Positions 1 to 9,549 of a DNA stretch of 64,000 nucleotides are shown one piece after another; positions within the stretch are counted from its first letter, which is position 1; each line of letters begins with the position of its first letter. The position numbers were made by a program, and so were the translations under genes. The notes beneath the pieces were generated by a model. The model did no database searches. It saw nothing but the letters and a program-made list of their open reading frames with translations, and had not been told where the DNA came from. The stretch is from an uncultured Nocardioidaceae bacterium (lineage in GTDB: Bacteria > Actinomycetota > Actinomycetes > Propionibacteriales > Nocardioidaceae): NCBI GenBank assembly GCA_902805865.1, contig CADCUK010000162.1, positions 8,508 to 72,507 on the forward strand, given 5' to 3'.

Positions 1-511
1 CGCGGTTGTGCTCGATGTAGAAGTGCCCGTAGAAGGTCTGCGCGAGCGCGATCTTCGCGAGCCAGCGCTCGTGGGACTCCTTCTTGTGACCGAGCTCGTG
101 GGCGGTGTTGATCGCGATGCCGGCGACCATCCCTGCACTGAGTGCCATGCCGATCTTGTCGGCGACGCCGTACTGCGGCTGGCTGAGCATCCACGCGGTC
201 CAGATCAGCGTGACGTACTGCAGCGGGATGAACGCGTAGGTCACCCACCGGTAGTAGCGGTCGTTCTCGAGGCTGTCGATGACCTCGTCCGGCGGGCTGT
301 TCGGGTCCCGCCCGACGACGAGGTCGATCAGCGGGATCAGCCCGAAGACGAACACCGGACCGAAGTACCAGAAGAGGTCCGAGCCGGTCCACTCGACCAG
401 GCCCCACGCAAGGAACGGGATCGCCGGGATGATCGTGCCGAGGAGCCAGGCATACCTCTTGGTGTCCCGCCACTCGACTCCGATGGGGGCCGCTGCCTCC
501 GCTGACGACAT
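1..511 (-). CDS. alkB: alkane 1-monooxygenase, N-terminal part (runs off window start)
   Basis: Manual minus-strand translation MSSAEAAAPIGVEWRDTKRYAWLLG...LENDRYYRW...INTAHELGHKKESHERWLAKIALAQTFYGHFYIEHNR contains the AlkB His boxes HELGHK and EHNR. Absent from the ORF track because the ORF is open at the edge. Confidence 0.93.
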   Translation of the reverse strand, partial: MSSAEAAAPIGVEWRDTKRYAWLLGTIIPAIPFLAWGLVEWTGSDLFWYFGPVFVFGLIPLIDLVVGRDPNSPPDEVIDSLENDRYYRWVTYAFIPLQYVTLIWTAWMLSQPQYGVADKIGMALSAGMVAGIAINTAHELGHKKESHERWLAKIALAQTFYGHFYIEHNR

Positions 512-556
512 CGCGTCTCTCCTTCGACAGGTCTTCCAGCCGCATCTCGGCTGCCT

Positions 557-612
557 CTTTACAAGACCATAGGAGTTGTAAAGCAGATTGGCAAGAGGGC
601 TTGCCGTGTCAA
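557..612 (-). promoter_or_regulatory. alkB promoter/operator: two tandem N11-spaced dyads overlapping a TTGACA -35
   Basis: CTTTACAA-N11-TTGTAAAG (557-583, perfect) and TTGGCAA-N11-GTGTCAA (588-612, imperfect); TGTCAA at 607-612 reads TTGACA on the alkB strand. Confidence 0.6.
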
Positions 613-632
613 AAAAGGCGGCCTGGGTCACA

Positions 633-727
633 TCGAGACGGCGCGAGTGCCCCCTTCGACCGCGCGCGAGCGCCGTCTCAACCCCGCGCGAGCGCCGTCT
701 CGACCTCGCGCGAGCGCCGCCTCGACG
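633..727. repeat. REP-like tandem array, four ~22-bp units with one inverted partial copy
   Basis: GCGCGAG(C/T)GCC...TC(G/A)AC units start at 641, 664, 686 and 708; TCGAGACGGCGC (633-644) is the reverse complement of 692-703. Confidence 0.7.
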
Positions 728-752
728 GGGTGGGGCTGTACGGCGGGGTGGG

Positions 753-1499
753 TCAGCCGGCGAGCTCGGCCAGGAGCCGGACGGCGAGCTCGCGCTGACC
801 GGGGAGCCCCTCGATCCAGACGCCGGCGTGGGAGGGCAGCGGCAGCCGCTCCAGCGTCGCCCGCACGCGCGCCACCGACTCCCCCAGGGTGTCCGAGCGG
901 GGCACGAGAGCCGCCACCCGGTCCGAGCCGAGCCGGGCGACGGTCTCGTCGCCGGCGAAGACCTCTCGAAGCACCTCCGCGACCGCGGCGAGCCCGAGCG
1001 CCCGCCCGAACGCAGGTGCCTCGAGAAGTCCGCCGGCCCTGCGCGGCACGTCGACGACGACGAGCGCGTGGCTCGTCCGGATGCTGGCGCCTTCGCGCTC
1101 AGCAGCCCGGTAGACCTCGGCCAGCCGGGTCCGCAGGTGCGGCGCGCTCGCGAGACCGGTCAACGGGTCCTCGCACGTGACGTCGTGCAGGAAGTCCAGG
1201 GTCGCCTCGCTCCACGCGACCGCGAGTGCCTCGGTGGCGGCGAAGTCGGGGACGCCTGCTCCGGCCACCCGGTACGTCGTGCCCAGCCCGGACAGTGCCT
1301 CTCCCAGGGAGGCACCGTCACAGGCCAGGTCACGCCCGACGACCGCACACGCCGCCATCGGAGTCCCGCCGGCCACGAGAGCCTCGGCCACCGCGTCGAA
1401 CCCCGTCGGCACCTCGCGCCGCTGGTCGTCGGTGAGCCGCGGCTCAGGCGCCGGCTGCTCGGCGACACGTCGGCGGGAGAAGAGGGCCAGGCTGCGCAT
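753..1499 (-). CDS. degenerate GGDEF-like domain protein
   Basis: DPLTGLA motif, ALVVVDV strand and ARLGSDRVAAL at the GGDEF position; helical N-terminal region. Confidence 0.65.
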   Translation of the reverse strand: MRSLALFSRRRVAEQPAPEPRLTDDQRREVPTGFDAVAEALVAGGTPMAACAVVGRDLACDGASLGEALSGLGTTYRVAGAGVPDFAATEALAVAWSEATLDFLHDVTCEDPLTGLASAPHLRTRLAEVYRAAEREGASIRTSHALVVVDVPRRAGGLLEAPAFGRALGLAAVAEVLREVFAGDETVARLGSDRVAALVPRSDTLGESVARVRATLERLPLPSHAGVWIEGLPGQRELAVRLLAELAG

Positions 1500-1765
1500 G
1501 ACACCCCTCCTCCCTCACCGGCCACCCTCCCAGGCGGCGGCCGGCTCGTCGTGCCGTCACGGAGGAGACGACCGCACGCCCGGGCCATGACGCGACTTTC
1601 GGGGAAATCGGTAAAAAGATCGGCCGACAGGACGTGCGCGAGCAGGAAAGCGGGAATGAACCTCGCGCGGAGCGGTCGGGGGCGACTACCGTCAGATCAG
1701 CAATCAGCACGCGAAACCACCACAACTCGTCACTCATCGGACGTTCCCGCGTTGACCTACATGCC

Positions 1766-3463
1766 ATGGCCGAGATGCTGAACAACCTCGAGGCTCCCAG
1801 TGATGCGGAGCTGATCTCGCGCGTCCGCGGCGGGGACACCGACGCCTACGGCCAGCTCTTCGCCCGTCACGTCGAGTCCGCTCGCCGTCTTGCCCGACAG
1901 CTGGTCCGTGGCCCGGACTCCGAGGACCTCGTCTCCGAGGCGTTCACCAAGGTGATGGGTGCGATCCAGGGTGGCGGCGGTCCGGACCTCGCGTTCCGTG
2001 CCTACCTGCTCACCGCCGTACGCCGGCTGCACGTCGACCGGATCCGCGTGCAGTCCAGGCTCACGACCTCCGACGACCTGTCGGCGTTCGACCCCGGGGT
2101 GCCGTTCCAGGACACGGTCGTCGAGCAGTTCGAGAGCGGGGCGGCGGCGCGTGCCTTCGCGAGCCTGCCGGAGCGGTGGCAGATGGTGCTGTGGCACCTC
2201 GAGGTCGAGCGCCAGAAGCCCGCCGACGTCGCACCGCTCCTCGGGATGACCCCCAACTCCGTCTCCGCGCTCGCCTACCGCGCCCGGGAGGGACTGCGCC
2301 AGGCGTTCCTGTCCGCGCACCTCAGCGAGATCACCGACACCGAGTGCGGCTGGGTGGTCGAGCAGCTCGGCGGCTACGTCCGCAAGGGCCTCTCGACGCG
2401 CGACGCCGGCAAGGTCGAGGCGCACCTCGGCGACTGCCGGTCGTGCTCGGGGATGTACCTCGAGCTCGAAGAGGTGAACTCCGACCTCCGCGGCGTCATC
2501 GCACCGCTGCTGCTGGGTGGCCTCGCGGCCGGCTACCTCGGCGCCACGGGCTCCGGGGTTGCGCTCGGCGGTGGCCTGGTGGCCCTGCTGGACCGGGCCA
2601 AGGACTACGTCGTCGCCCACGTGGTCCCCGTCTCTGCCGGCACCACTGCGGCGGGAGTCGCTGCTGCCGTCGTCATCGTCGGCGGCGTGGGTTCCGGTGG
2701 CCGGACGGTCGAGCCGGGCGGGGCTGCAGCAGCACCACCGAGCCGGGTCAGTGGCGCACAGTCGGCAGACGCAGCGCTCAGCGAGGACAACACCGCCGAG
2801 GACAGGAACGAGTCGCGGCCGAAGAGCCGCCCCGCCGGCTCAGCCGGTGCTGCGTCGTCCAGCGACACCGGGACCAAACCCGGCCCGTCACCCTCGGAGC
2901 AGCCACCGGGTGCGGACGGCGCGCCTGCTGACGCTCCACCCACGGGGTCGACGGGAGAGCCGACCACGGTCCCCGGCGCGGGCACCGGCGAGAACCCCGG
3001 CGTGGACACCGGCGAGAGCCCCGGTGAGGACCCCGGGAAGTCGTCACCCCCGAAGCCGACCCCGACCCCGGAGCCCGAGGGCCGGGACGTCGCGCTGACG
3101 GTCAGCGGCACCTCGCTCTCGAAGGGCATCGGCCGCTTCCGCACGCACGTCAGGAACATGCCGACCGCGTCCGGTCCCACTCCGCTGCACTTCCAGATCG
3201 GCTTCGACCGCGACCTCGTCAACCTCGACTCGATCCCGCACGGTTGCTCCTTCGCCGGCGCGACCGCCGTGGACTGCGTGGGCAACGGTGGGACGTACAA
3301 CGGCCTCTTCAACGCCGACATGAGCGAGCTCGCGTCGGGCGAGTCGGTGACGATCACGGTCACGGTCTCGCTCCCCGAGCTCAGCGACCCCGACCCCGGC
3401 GACAACACGCGCTCGGTCACGCTGACCCGCACCGGCGCCGGTCGCGTCATCGCCAGCGGCTGA
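1766..3463 (+). CDS. ECF sigma-70 factor fused to a ZAS zinc finger, TM segments and a Pro-rich/Ig-like tail
   Basis: SDAELISRVRGGDTDAYGQLF and AFASLPERWQMVLW (sigma regions 2 and 4), HLGDCRSC (HxxxCxxC), hydrophobic stretches, Pro/Ser linker, C-terminal DPDPGDN. Confidence 0.85.
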   Translation: MAEMLNNLEAPSDAELISRVRGGDTDAYGQLFARHVESARRLARQLVRGPDSEDLVSEAFTKVMGAIQGGGGPDLAFRAYLLTAVRRLHVDRIRVQSRLTTSDDLSAFDPGVPFQDTVVEQFESGAAARAFASLPERWQMVLWHLEVERQKPADVAPLLGMTPNSVSALAYRAREGLRQAFLSAHLSEITDTECGWVVEQLGGYVRKGLSTRDAGKVEAHLGDCRSCSGMYLELEEVNSDLRGVIAPLLLGGLAAGYLGATGSGVALGGGLVALLDRAKDYVVAHVVPVSAGTTAAGVAAAVVIVGGVGSGGRTVEPGGAAAAPPSRVSGAQSADAALSEDNTAEDRNESRPKSRPAGSAGAASSSDTGTKPGPSPSEQPPGADGAPADAPPTGSTGEPTTVPGAGTGENPGVDTGESPGEDPGKSSPPKPTPTPEPEGRDVALTVSGTSLSKGIGRFRTHVRNMPTASGPTPLHFQIGFDRDLVNLDSIPHGCSFAGATAVDCVGNGGTYNGLFNADMSELASGESVTITVTVSLPELSDPDPGDNTRSVTLTRTGAGRVIASG

Positions 3464-3484
3464 CCGGTCGATAAGGTCGCAGCG

Positions 3485-4798
3485 ATGAACACGAGCGCTG
3501 CCCCCACCTCCGAGCACTGGGCCGAGCACGGGGCCGAGCACTGGGCTGCGCCGACCCCGGGACGTCCGGTGGACGCCACTGTGACGCTGCCCGGCTCGAA
3601 GTCGCTGACGAACCGAGCGCTGGTGCTTGCGGCCCTGTCCGACGGCCCGTCCACGGTGGCTGGTGCCCTCCGCTCGCGCGACACCGAGCTGATGGCCGCC
3701 GCCCTCGTCGCCCTGGGGGCAGGGATCGACACCTCCGGCGCGGACTGGCACGTGGTCCCGGGGCCGCTGCTCGGGCCGGCCTCGGTCGACTGCGGCCTGG
3801 CCGGGACCGTGATGCGGTTCGTCCCACCTGTCGCTGCGCTCGCGGACGGTCTGGTCCGCTTCGACGGCGACCCCCACGCCCGTACCCGCCCGATGGGTCA
3901 GGTGCTCCTCGCGCTGCGGGACCTCGGGATCGTCGTCGAGGACGACGACCGCGGCGCGTTGCCCTTCACCGTCGTCGGCACCGGACAGGTCAAGGGCGGC
4001 CAGGTCGTCATCGACGCCTCGGCGTCGAGCCAGTTCGTCTCGGCGCTGCTGCTCGCCGGGGCGAGGTACGACGAAGGGGTCGACGTCGTCCATGACGGCA
4101 AGCCGGTGCCGTCCCTCCCCCACATCGACATGACGGTCGCCGCCCTGCGCGAGCACGGCGTAAAGGTCGACGACAGCGAGCCGAATCGCTGGCGGGTGGC
4201 TCCGGGGCCGGTGCGATCGGTCGACGTCGTGATCGAGCCGGACCTCTCCAACGCCGCACCGTTCCTCGCTGTCGGGGCCGTGACCGGCGGCGCGGTCACC
4301 GTCCCTGGCTGGCCCCGCACCACGACGCAGGCCGGTGACCGCCTCCGCGAGATCCTGTCGCTGATGGGGGCCGACGTCTGGGTCGACGACAGCGGGCTGC
4401 ACGTCACAGGTCCCTCCTCGCTCGAGGGGGTCGACCTCGACCTGCACGACGTCGGCGAGCTCACCCCCGCGGTCGCGGCGCTCGCGGCACTGGCCGGGTC
4501 GCCGTCGGTGCTCCGCGGCGTCGAGCACATCCGGGGTCACGAGACCGACCGGCTGCGCGCGCTGGCCACCGAGCTCGCCCGGCTCGGCAGCGACGTCACC
4601 GAGCGCCCGGACGGGCTGGAGATCCGCCCGGCGTCGCTGCACGGCGGAGTCTTCCGGACCTACGCCGACCACCGGATGGCTCACGCCGCAGTGATCCTGG
4701 GCCTCGCCGTGCCCGGCGTGCTCGTGGAGGACATCGCCACCACGTCGAAGACCTTCCCCGACTTCCCCGGCGCCTGGTCCGCGCTGTTCACGGGCTGA
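3485..4798 (+). CDS. aroA: 3-phosphoshikimate 1-carboxyvinyltransferase (EPSP synthase)
   Basis: [49 protein letters not shown]. Confidence 0.97.
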   Translation: MNTSAAPTSEHWAEHGAEHWAAPTPGRPVDATVTLPGSKSLTNRALVLAALSDGPSTVAGALRSRDTELMAAALVALGAGIDTSGADWHVVPGPLLGPASVDCGLAGTVMRFVPPVAALADGLVRFDGDPHARTRPMGQVLLALRDLGIVVEDDDRGALPFTVVGTGQVKGGQVVIDASASSQFVSALLLAGARYDEGVDVVHDGKPVPSLPHIDMTVAALREHGVKVDDSEPNRWRVAPGPVRSVDVVIEPDLSNAAPFLAVGAVTGGAVTVPGWPRTTTQAGDRLREILSLMGADVWVDDSGLHVTGPSSLEGVDLDLHDVGELTPAVAALAALAGSPSVLRGVEHIRGHETDRLRALATELARLGSDVTERPDGLEIRPASLHGGVFRTYADHRMAHAAVILGLAVPGVLVEDIATTSKTFPDFPGAWSALFTG

Positions 4799-4813
4799 GG
4801 ACGAGGAGAGCAG

Positions 4814-5815
4814 ATGGCGGGTCGGCGCAGCTACGAGCACCTCGAGCAGGAGTCGTTCGACCGCCCCCGCCGCCGCACCCGCCCGCGCACCAAGGACCGA
4901 CCCACCTACGACGACGCCGTCGACGCCACCGTGGTGACCGTCGACCGCGGCCGGTACACCTGCCGGCTCGCCTCCGACGAGGAGGTCGTCATCACCGCGA
5001 TGAAGTCCCGGCCCCTGGGTCGCAAGGGGGTCGTGGTCGGGGACCGGGTCCGCGTGGTCGGCGACGTCTCCGGCGCCGAGGGCGCGCTCGCCCGCATCGT
5101 CGAGGTCGCGCCTCGGACCAACGTGCTCCGGCGCACCGCCGACGACGACGACCCCGTCGAGCGGGTGATCGTCGCCAACGCCGACCAGCTGGTGATCGTG
5201 GTGGCGCTGGCCGACCCCGAGCCCCGCACCGGCCTGGTGGACCGGGCGCTGGCAGCGGCGTACGACGCGGGGATCGACCCGCTCCTGTGCCTCACGAAGG
5301 CCGACCTCGCCGACCCCGAGTCGTTCGTGCGGATCTACCGGCCGCTCGACGTCCCCTACGTCGTCACCCAGCGCGGCGCCGACGTCGCCCAGGTGCTCGA
5401 GAAGCTGCGCGGCCGGACCAGCGTCATGCTCGGCCACAGCGGGGTGGGCAAGTCGACACTCGTGAACGCGCTCGTGCCCGGCACCGACCGGGCCATCGGC
5501 GTGGTCAACGACGTCACCGGCCGCGGCCGGCACACCTCGACGTCCGCGCTCATGCTGAGGCTGCCCGACGGCAGCGGCTGGATCGTAGACACCCCGGGCA
5601 TCCGGTCCTTCGGCCTGGCCCACGTCGAACCGAGCCAGCTGATCCAGGCCTTCCCGGACCTCGCCGCGCTCACCGGCGACTGCCCCCGCGGCTGCTCGCA
5701 CGCCGCGACCGAGCCGGAGTGCGCGCTCGACGAGGCGGTTGCCGCTGGCGCGGTCGACCCGGACCGCGTGACGTCGTACCGGAGGCTGCTGAGCAGCCGC
5801 GAGACGGCGTTCTAG
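4814..5815 (+). CDS. rsgA: ribosome small subunit-dependent GTPase A
   Basis: Circularly permuted GTPase: TKAD, GHSGVGKST, GRGRHT, DTPG; C-terminal CPRGCSH...C zinc site. Confidence 0.95.
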   Translation: MAGRRSYEHLEQESFDRPRRRTRPRTKDRPTYDDAVDATVVTVDRGRYTCRLASDEEVVITAMKSRPLGRKGVVVGDRVRVVGDVSGAEGALARIVEVAPRTNVLRRTADDDDPVERVIVANADQLVIVVALADPEPRTGLVDRALAAAYDAGIDPLLCLTKADLADPESFVRIYRPLDVPYVVTQRGADVAQVLEKLRGRTSVMLGHSGVGKSTLVNALVPGTDRAIGVVNDVTGRGRHTSTSALMLRLPDGSGWIVDTPGIRSFGLAHVEPSQLIQAFPDLAALTGDCPRGCSHAATEPECALDEAVAAGAVDPDRVTSYRRLLSSRETAF

Positions 5816-5824
5816 CCGGTCCTG

Positions 5825-6319
5825 CTACCCGAAGGCGGCCTGGGCGCCGGCGTGGCCGGTCAGCGCCACCCAGACCAGGCTCACGAGCCCGAGGACGACC
5901 ACGGCGGCGGGCAGGACGACGCCGACCCAGCGCGCGCTGCTGCCCCGGAAGCCCAGTCGGCCGTCGTCGAGGCGGCTGGGCGCCCGGACCAGGAAGAACG
6001 CGACCAGGACGACAGCCGTGAAGACGCCGTAGACCACGAGGAGCTGGTTCGCCCGGTCCTGGTGCGTCTGCAGGGTGTCGTAGAGCGGCACGTCCGTGGG
6101 GATGTTGGCAAGCATCGTGTCGAGCAGGTCGCGACCGGTCAGCCAGGTCGCGACGAGCGCGGCCATGCCCCCGAGGGCCGAGAGCAGCGCTCCCCAGCGG
6201 GTCAGCCACCTCCACGATCGCAGGAGGGCGAAGGCCCACGCCAGGAGCACCGACAGCGGGACCAGCGCGACGGCCGAGTCGTTGACGAGGGGGTGAAGCG
6301 GCAAGCCGTCGAACTCCAT
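5825..6319 (-). CDS. DUF2231-like membrane protein
   Basis: GLPLHPLV start, four TM helices, C-terminal TGHAGA. Confidence 0.75.
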   Translation of the reverse strand: MEFDGLPLHPLVNDSAVALVPLSVLLAWAFALLRSWRWLTRWGALLSALGGMAALVATWLTGRDLLDTMLANIPTDVPLYDTLQTHQDRANQLLVVYGVFTAVVLVAFFLVRAPSRLDDGRLGFRGSSARWVGVVLPAAVVVLGLVSLVWVALTGHAGAQAAFG

Positions 6320-6369
6320 GGGGACACCGTAGGACGAACGCCCTCGTGGTCACCTCTAGCCTGAGCCCC

Positions 6370-7308
6370 ATGCCCACGAACTTCACCGACGACCTGCGGC
6401 TGGCGCACGTCCTGGCCGACGACGCCGACTCGACGAGCACGAGCCGCTACCAGGCGTTGGACCTCCGGGTCGACACGAAGCCGGACCTGACCCCGGTCAC
6501 CGACGCCGACCGGGCCGTGGAGGAGGGCATCCGCCGGACGCTGTCGAGGGCACGGCCTCGCGACGCCGTCGTCGGCGAGGAGGAGGGGTCGAGCGGCTTC
6601 AGCCAGCGACGCTGGGTGGTGGACCCGATCGACGGCACCAAGAACTACGTCCGCGGGGTGCCGGTCTGGGCGACGCTGATCTCGTTGATGGTCGAGGACG
6701 AGGTCGTCGTGGGCGTGGTCTCGGCTCCGCTGCTCAACCGTCGGTGGTGGGCGATGAAGGACGGCGGCGCGTTCACCGGGAAGTCGCTGTACAAGTCGAC
6801 CCAGTGCAAGGTCTCAGACGTCTCCCGCCTCGAGGACGCGTCCCTGTCCTACTCCTCGCTCGACGCCTGGGACGAACGCGGCCGGCTCGACGACTTCCTG
6901 TCGCTGGCGAGGCGGTGCTGGCGCACCCGGGCGTACGGCGACTTCTGGAGCTACATGCTCGTCGCCGAGGGCAGCGTCGACGTGGCCGCCGAGCCCGAGC
7001 TCGAGCTCTACGACATGGCCGCCCTCGATGTCATCGTCCGCGAGGCCGGCGGGAAGTTCACCTCCCTCGACGGCCGCGACGGCCCGACCGGCGGCAACGC
7101 GCTGGCGACGAACGGGATGCTCCACGACACCGTGCTGGGCTTCCTCGGCTCGGTCGGCCCGCACCGGAGCCTGGAGGACGACGGCTCCGAGCCGTCCGGG
7201 CGACCGGCCCCGCCGGCCGGCGGCACCCTGCACGACCTCAGCTCACGCCGGCGTCCCGCACCGGAGGCCGACCGGCCTCACCCGGAGCTCCCTCCGCTGG
7301 GCCCCTGA
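6370..7308 (+). CDS. hisN: histidinol-phosphatase (inositol monophosphatase family)
   Basis: KPDLTPVTDAD, GEE, DPIDGTKNYVRGVPVW, RAYGDFWSY; TAGCCT -10 just before the ATG (leaderless). Confidence 0.9.
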   Translation: MPTNFTDDLRLAHVLADDADSTSTSRYQALDLRVDTKPDLTPVTDADRAVEEGIRRTLSRARPRDAVVGEEEGSSGFSQRRWVVDPIDGTKNYVRGVPVWATLISLMVEDEVVVGVVSAPLLNRRWWAMKDGGAFTGKSLYKSTQCKVSDVSRLEDASLSYSSLDAWDERGRLDDFLSLARRCWRTRAYGDFWSYMLVAEGSVDVAAEPELELYDMAALDVIVREAGGKFTSLDGRDGPTGGNALATNGMLHDTVLGFLGSVGPHRSLEDDGSEPSGRPAPPAGGTLHDLSSRRRPAPEADRPHPELPPLGP

Positions 7309-8122
7309 CCGGGCCTATGACCGGGTCTCTCGCCGGGTCTCCGACGGAGCCACCGGCCGGGTCTCTCGCCGCCTCTCTCGCCAGGTCTCCGACCGGGCGC
7401 AGCCGGGACGCGGCCGCCGCCCACCAGTGCAGGAGCAGCGGCGCCAGCAGCAGCGCGGCGAGGTCGAACCACCCGTAGCCGCCCGCGGCGCCGCTGGGCG
7501 GGTTGCCGATCGACAGCCAGCCGACCGGGTCCTCCGTCTGCCACACCCAGGTGCCGAGGTGGGTGCCGGCGAGCTCCAGCCAGGTGACGACCACGCCGGC
7601 ACCGACGTACACCTCGGGCGAGGGGCCCCACCGCAGGAAGCAGAGCAGGCAGGCGAACCAGAAGGCGCCGAGGGCGTCGGGCCGCTCGGCCAGGAACAGT
7701 CCGTAGCCCGCCCACAGCGCCAGCGGCACCATGACCACGGCAGCGGCCGCCCTGAGCCGTCGGCGGACGAACGGGCTGTGCCCGAGGGCGTACGCCGAGA
7801 GGTACACGAGGCCGTGGCCCGGCGGGACGTACGCCGGCACGTTGTCGAAGCGGTAGACGTACACCTCGAGCCCGGGGCTGAACGTGTACTCGATCGCCGT
7901 GGCGAACGCGACGACCACCAGCGTCTGCGCCCGCACGAGCGGGGAGCACCAGCGCATCGCCACGGCCAGCGCCGCCCAGGTCGCCGCTCCCGTCAGCCAC
8001 TGGGTGGTTCGCGAGCCGTCGCTGTCGATGAGCAGCACGACGGTGAGCCACCCCATCATCACCAGCGCCGCGGTCGCCCCGAGCCGGGTCCCGCGGTCGG
8101 TGGATGGGCTCACCGTCCCCAT
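7238..8122 (-). CDS. conserved hypothetical multi-pass membrane protein
   Basis: Several TM segments with YVYRFDNVPAYVPPGHGLVY and GNPPSG motifs. Confidence 0.7.
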   Translation of the reverse strand: MGTVSPSTDRGTRLGATAALVMMGWLTVVLLIDSDGSRTTQWLTGAATWAALAVAMRWCSPLVRAQTLVVVAFATAIEYTFSPGLEVYVYRFDNVPAYVPPGHGLVYLSAYALGHSPFVRRRLRAAAAVVMVPLALWAGYGLFLAERPDALGAFWFACLLCFLRWGPSPEVYVGAGVVVTWLELAGTHLGTWVWQTEDPVGWLSIGNPPSGAAGGYGWFDLAALLLAPLLLHWWAAAASRLRPVGDLAREAARDPAGGSVGDPARDPVIGPVRGPAEGAPGEAGRPPVRDAGVS

Positions 8123-8240
8123 CGTGCCAGCGGGCTGGGCGCTGCCCGTCCCATCCCTTGGGGTGAGATCGGCCCTTACCGGCGGAGGCCCGGTTGGTCT
8201 AGCCTGCGAGGACCCACTGGACCCCGGGAGGTACGCCCAC

Positions 8241-8672
8241 ATGCGCATCCGCGACGTCGTTGCCGCCAAGAGCGAGCAGAAGGTCATCACCGTGAGCCCG
8301 AGCGCCACGGTCCGCGACCTCCTGGGGCTGCTCGCCGAGCACAACGTCGGCGCACTCGTCGTCAGCGGCGACGGCGCCGCGGTCGACGGGATCGTCTCGG
8401 AGCGCGACGTGGTCCGGCGGCTGCACGGCGACACCGACCTGCTCGGGGCGACCGTCGACTCGATCATGACCACCGACGTGCACACGTGCACCCCCGACGA
8501 CCAGCTCGACGCCCTGATGTCGCTGATGACCCAGCGACGCATCCGGCACGTGCCGGTGTGCGAGCAGGACCGGCTGGTCGGGATCGTCAGCATCGGGGAC
8601 GTCGTGAAGCACAAGATCGACGCGCTGCAGTTCGAGCGGGACCAGCTCGACAGCTACGTCCACCAGAGCTGA
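8241..8672 (+). CDS. CBS domain pair protein
   Basis: NVGALVV, GIVSERDVVR, RIRHVPV, GIVSIGDVVK; GGAGG RBS. Confidence 0.92.
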   Translation: MRIRDVVAAKSEQKVITVSPSATVRDLLGLLAEHNVGALVVSGDGAAVDGIVSERDVVRRLHGDTDLLGATVDSIMTTDVHTCTPDDQLDALMSLMTQRRIRHVPVCEQDRLVGIVSIGDVVKHKIDALQFERDQLDSYVHQS

Positions 8673-8718
8673 ACCTCCGACGGGTTTACCGGCAGCCGGG
8701 GTGTGACAGGCTGCCCGC

Positions 8719-9096
8719 ATGAGCAACCCTGAGAAGCCTGAGATCGACTTCCCCGACGGCCCGCCTCCGACCGAGCTCGAGGTCACCGACCTCACCGAGG
8801 GCGACGGCGCCGAGGCGACCGCCGGCTCGACGGTGTCGGTGCACTACCTCGGCGTCGCGCACTCGACCGGCGAGCAGTTCGACGCGTCGTACGACCGGGG
8901 CAGCCCGCTGCAGTTCCGGCTCGGTGTCGGCCAGGTCATCTCCGGCTGGGACACCGGTGTCCAGGGGATGAAGGTCGGCGGCCGGCGCAAGCTGGTCATC
9001 CCGCCGCACCTCGCGTACGGCGACCGCGGCGCCGGCGGCGTCATCCAGCCCGGCGAGAGCCTGATCTTCGTGGTGGACCTGCTCGACGTCCGCTGA
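8719..9096 (+). CDS. FKBP-type peptidyl-prolyl cis-trans isomerase
   Basis: VHYLG, FDASYDRG, VISGWD, GMKVGGRRKLVIPPHLAYG. Confidence 0.96.
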   Translation: MSNPEKPEIDFPDGPPPTELEVTDLTEGDGAEATAGSTVSVHYLGVAHSTGEQFDASYDRGSPLQFRLGVGQVISGWDTGVQGMKVGGRRKLVIPPHLAYGDRGAGGVIQPGESLIFVVDLLDVR

Positions 9097-9098
9097 CC

Positions 9099-9302
9099 CG
9101 CCGAGCCGGCGCGTCCTGACCGCTCCCCTCGGCCGAACCGGCGCGTCCTGACCGCTCACCTCGGCCGAACCGGCGCGTCCTGACCGGCCGATCGCCGCAT
9201 CCGGCGCCCTGCCTGTGGCAGGACGCGCCGACTCGACACCATGACCGAGACAGCACGCGCCGGGTCGACACCATGACCGAGGCAGGACGCGCCGGCTCGG
9301 CG
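9099..9302. repeat. nested inverted tandem repeat (REP-like): three forward and three inverted units, 32-bp period
   Basis: GCCGA(G/A)CCGGCGCGTCCTGACC at 9100, 9132, 9164; inverted cores CAG(G/C)ACGCGCCG at 9219, 9251, 9283; perfect outer 20-bp inverted repeat 9099-9118 / 9283-9302; lies between convergent genes. Confidence 0.85.
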
Positions 9303-9315
9303 AGGGCGGGGGCGC

Positions 9316-9549
9316 TCAGCCGACCTGGGTGGCTGAGTCGCCGAGGTCGGGGTGTCGCACGGTGACGACGTCCCCCTTGGTGAGCTGACGCCCCCGCCGC
9401 GTCTCGACCTCGCCGTTGACCGAGACCAGCCCTTCGGCCAGCAGCGGCTTGGCGTCCGACCCGGCGTCGACCAGGTCGGCGAGCTTGAGGAACTGCCCGA
9501 GCCGGATCGACTCGTCGCGGATCGGTACGACGCGGGGGCCGGCGCTCAT
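9316..9549 (-). CDS. RNA-binding S4 domain protein (YaaA/YbcJ-like)
   Basis: IRLGQFLKLA...SDAK...VNGEVETRRGRQL; start overlaps the DUF445 stop (TGATG). Confidence 0.9.
   Translation of the reverse strand: MSAGPRVVPIRDESIRLGQFLKLADLVDAGSDAKPLLAEGLVSVNGEVETRRGRQLTKGDVVTVRHPDLGDSATQVG

Noticed and set aside
633-727. Possible CRISPR array or IS end
   Set aside because: Contiguous 22-bp units with no unique spacers; no transposase nearby.
3044-5701. 885-aa minus-strand ORF (and similar long ORFs such as 48856-50970 and 51122-53041)
   Set aside because: Antisense shadows of well-supported genes (aroA/rsgA, ALDH/GS, permease).
9099-9302. Possible CRISPR array
   Set aside because: Spacers are only about 13 nt and near-identical within each arm, half the units are inverted, and no cas genes are present.
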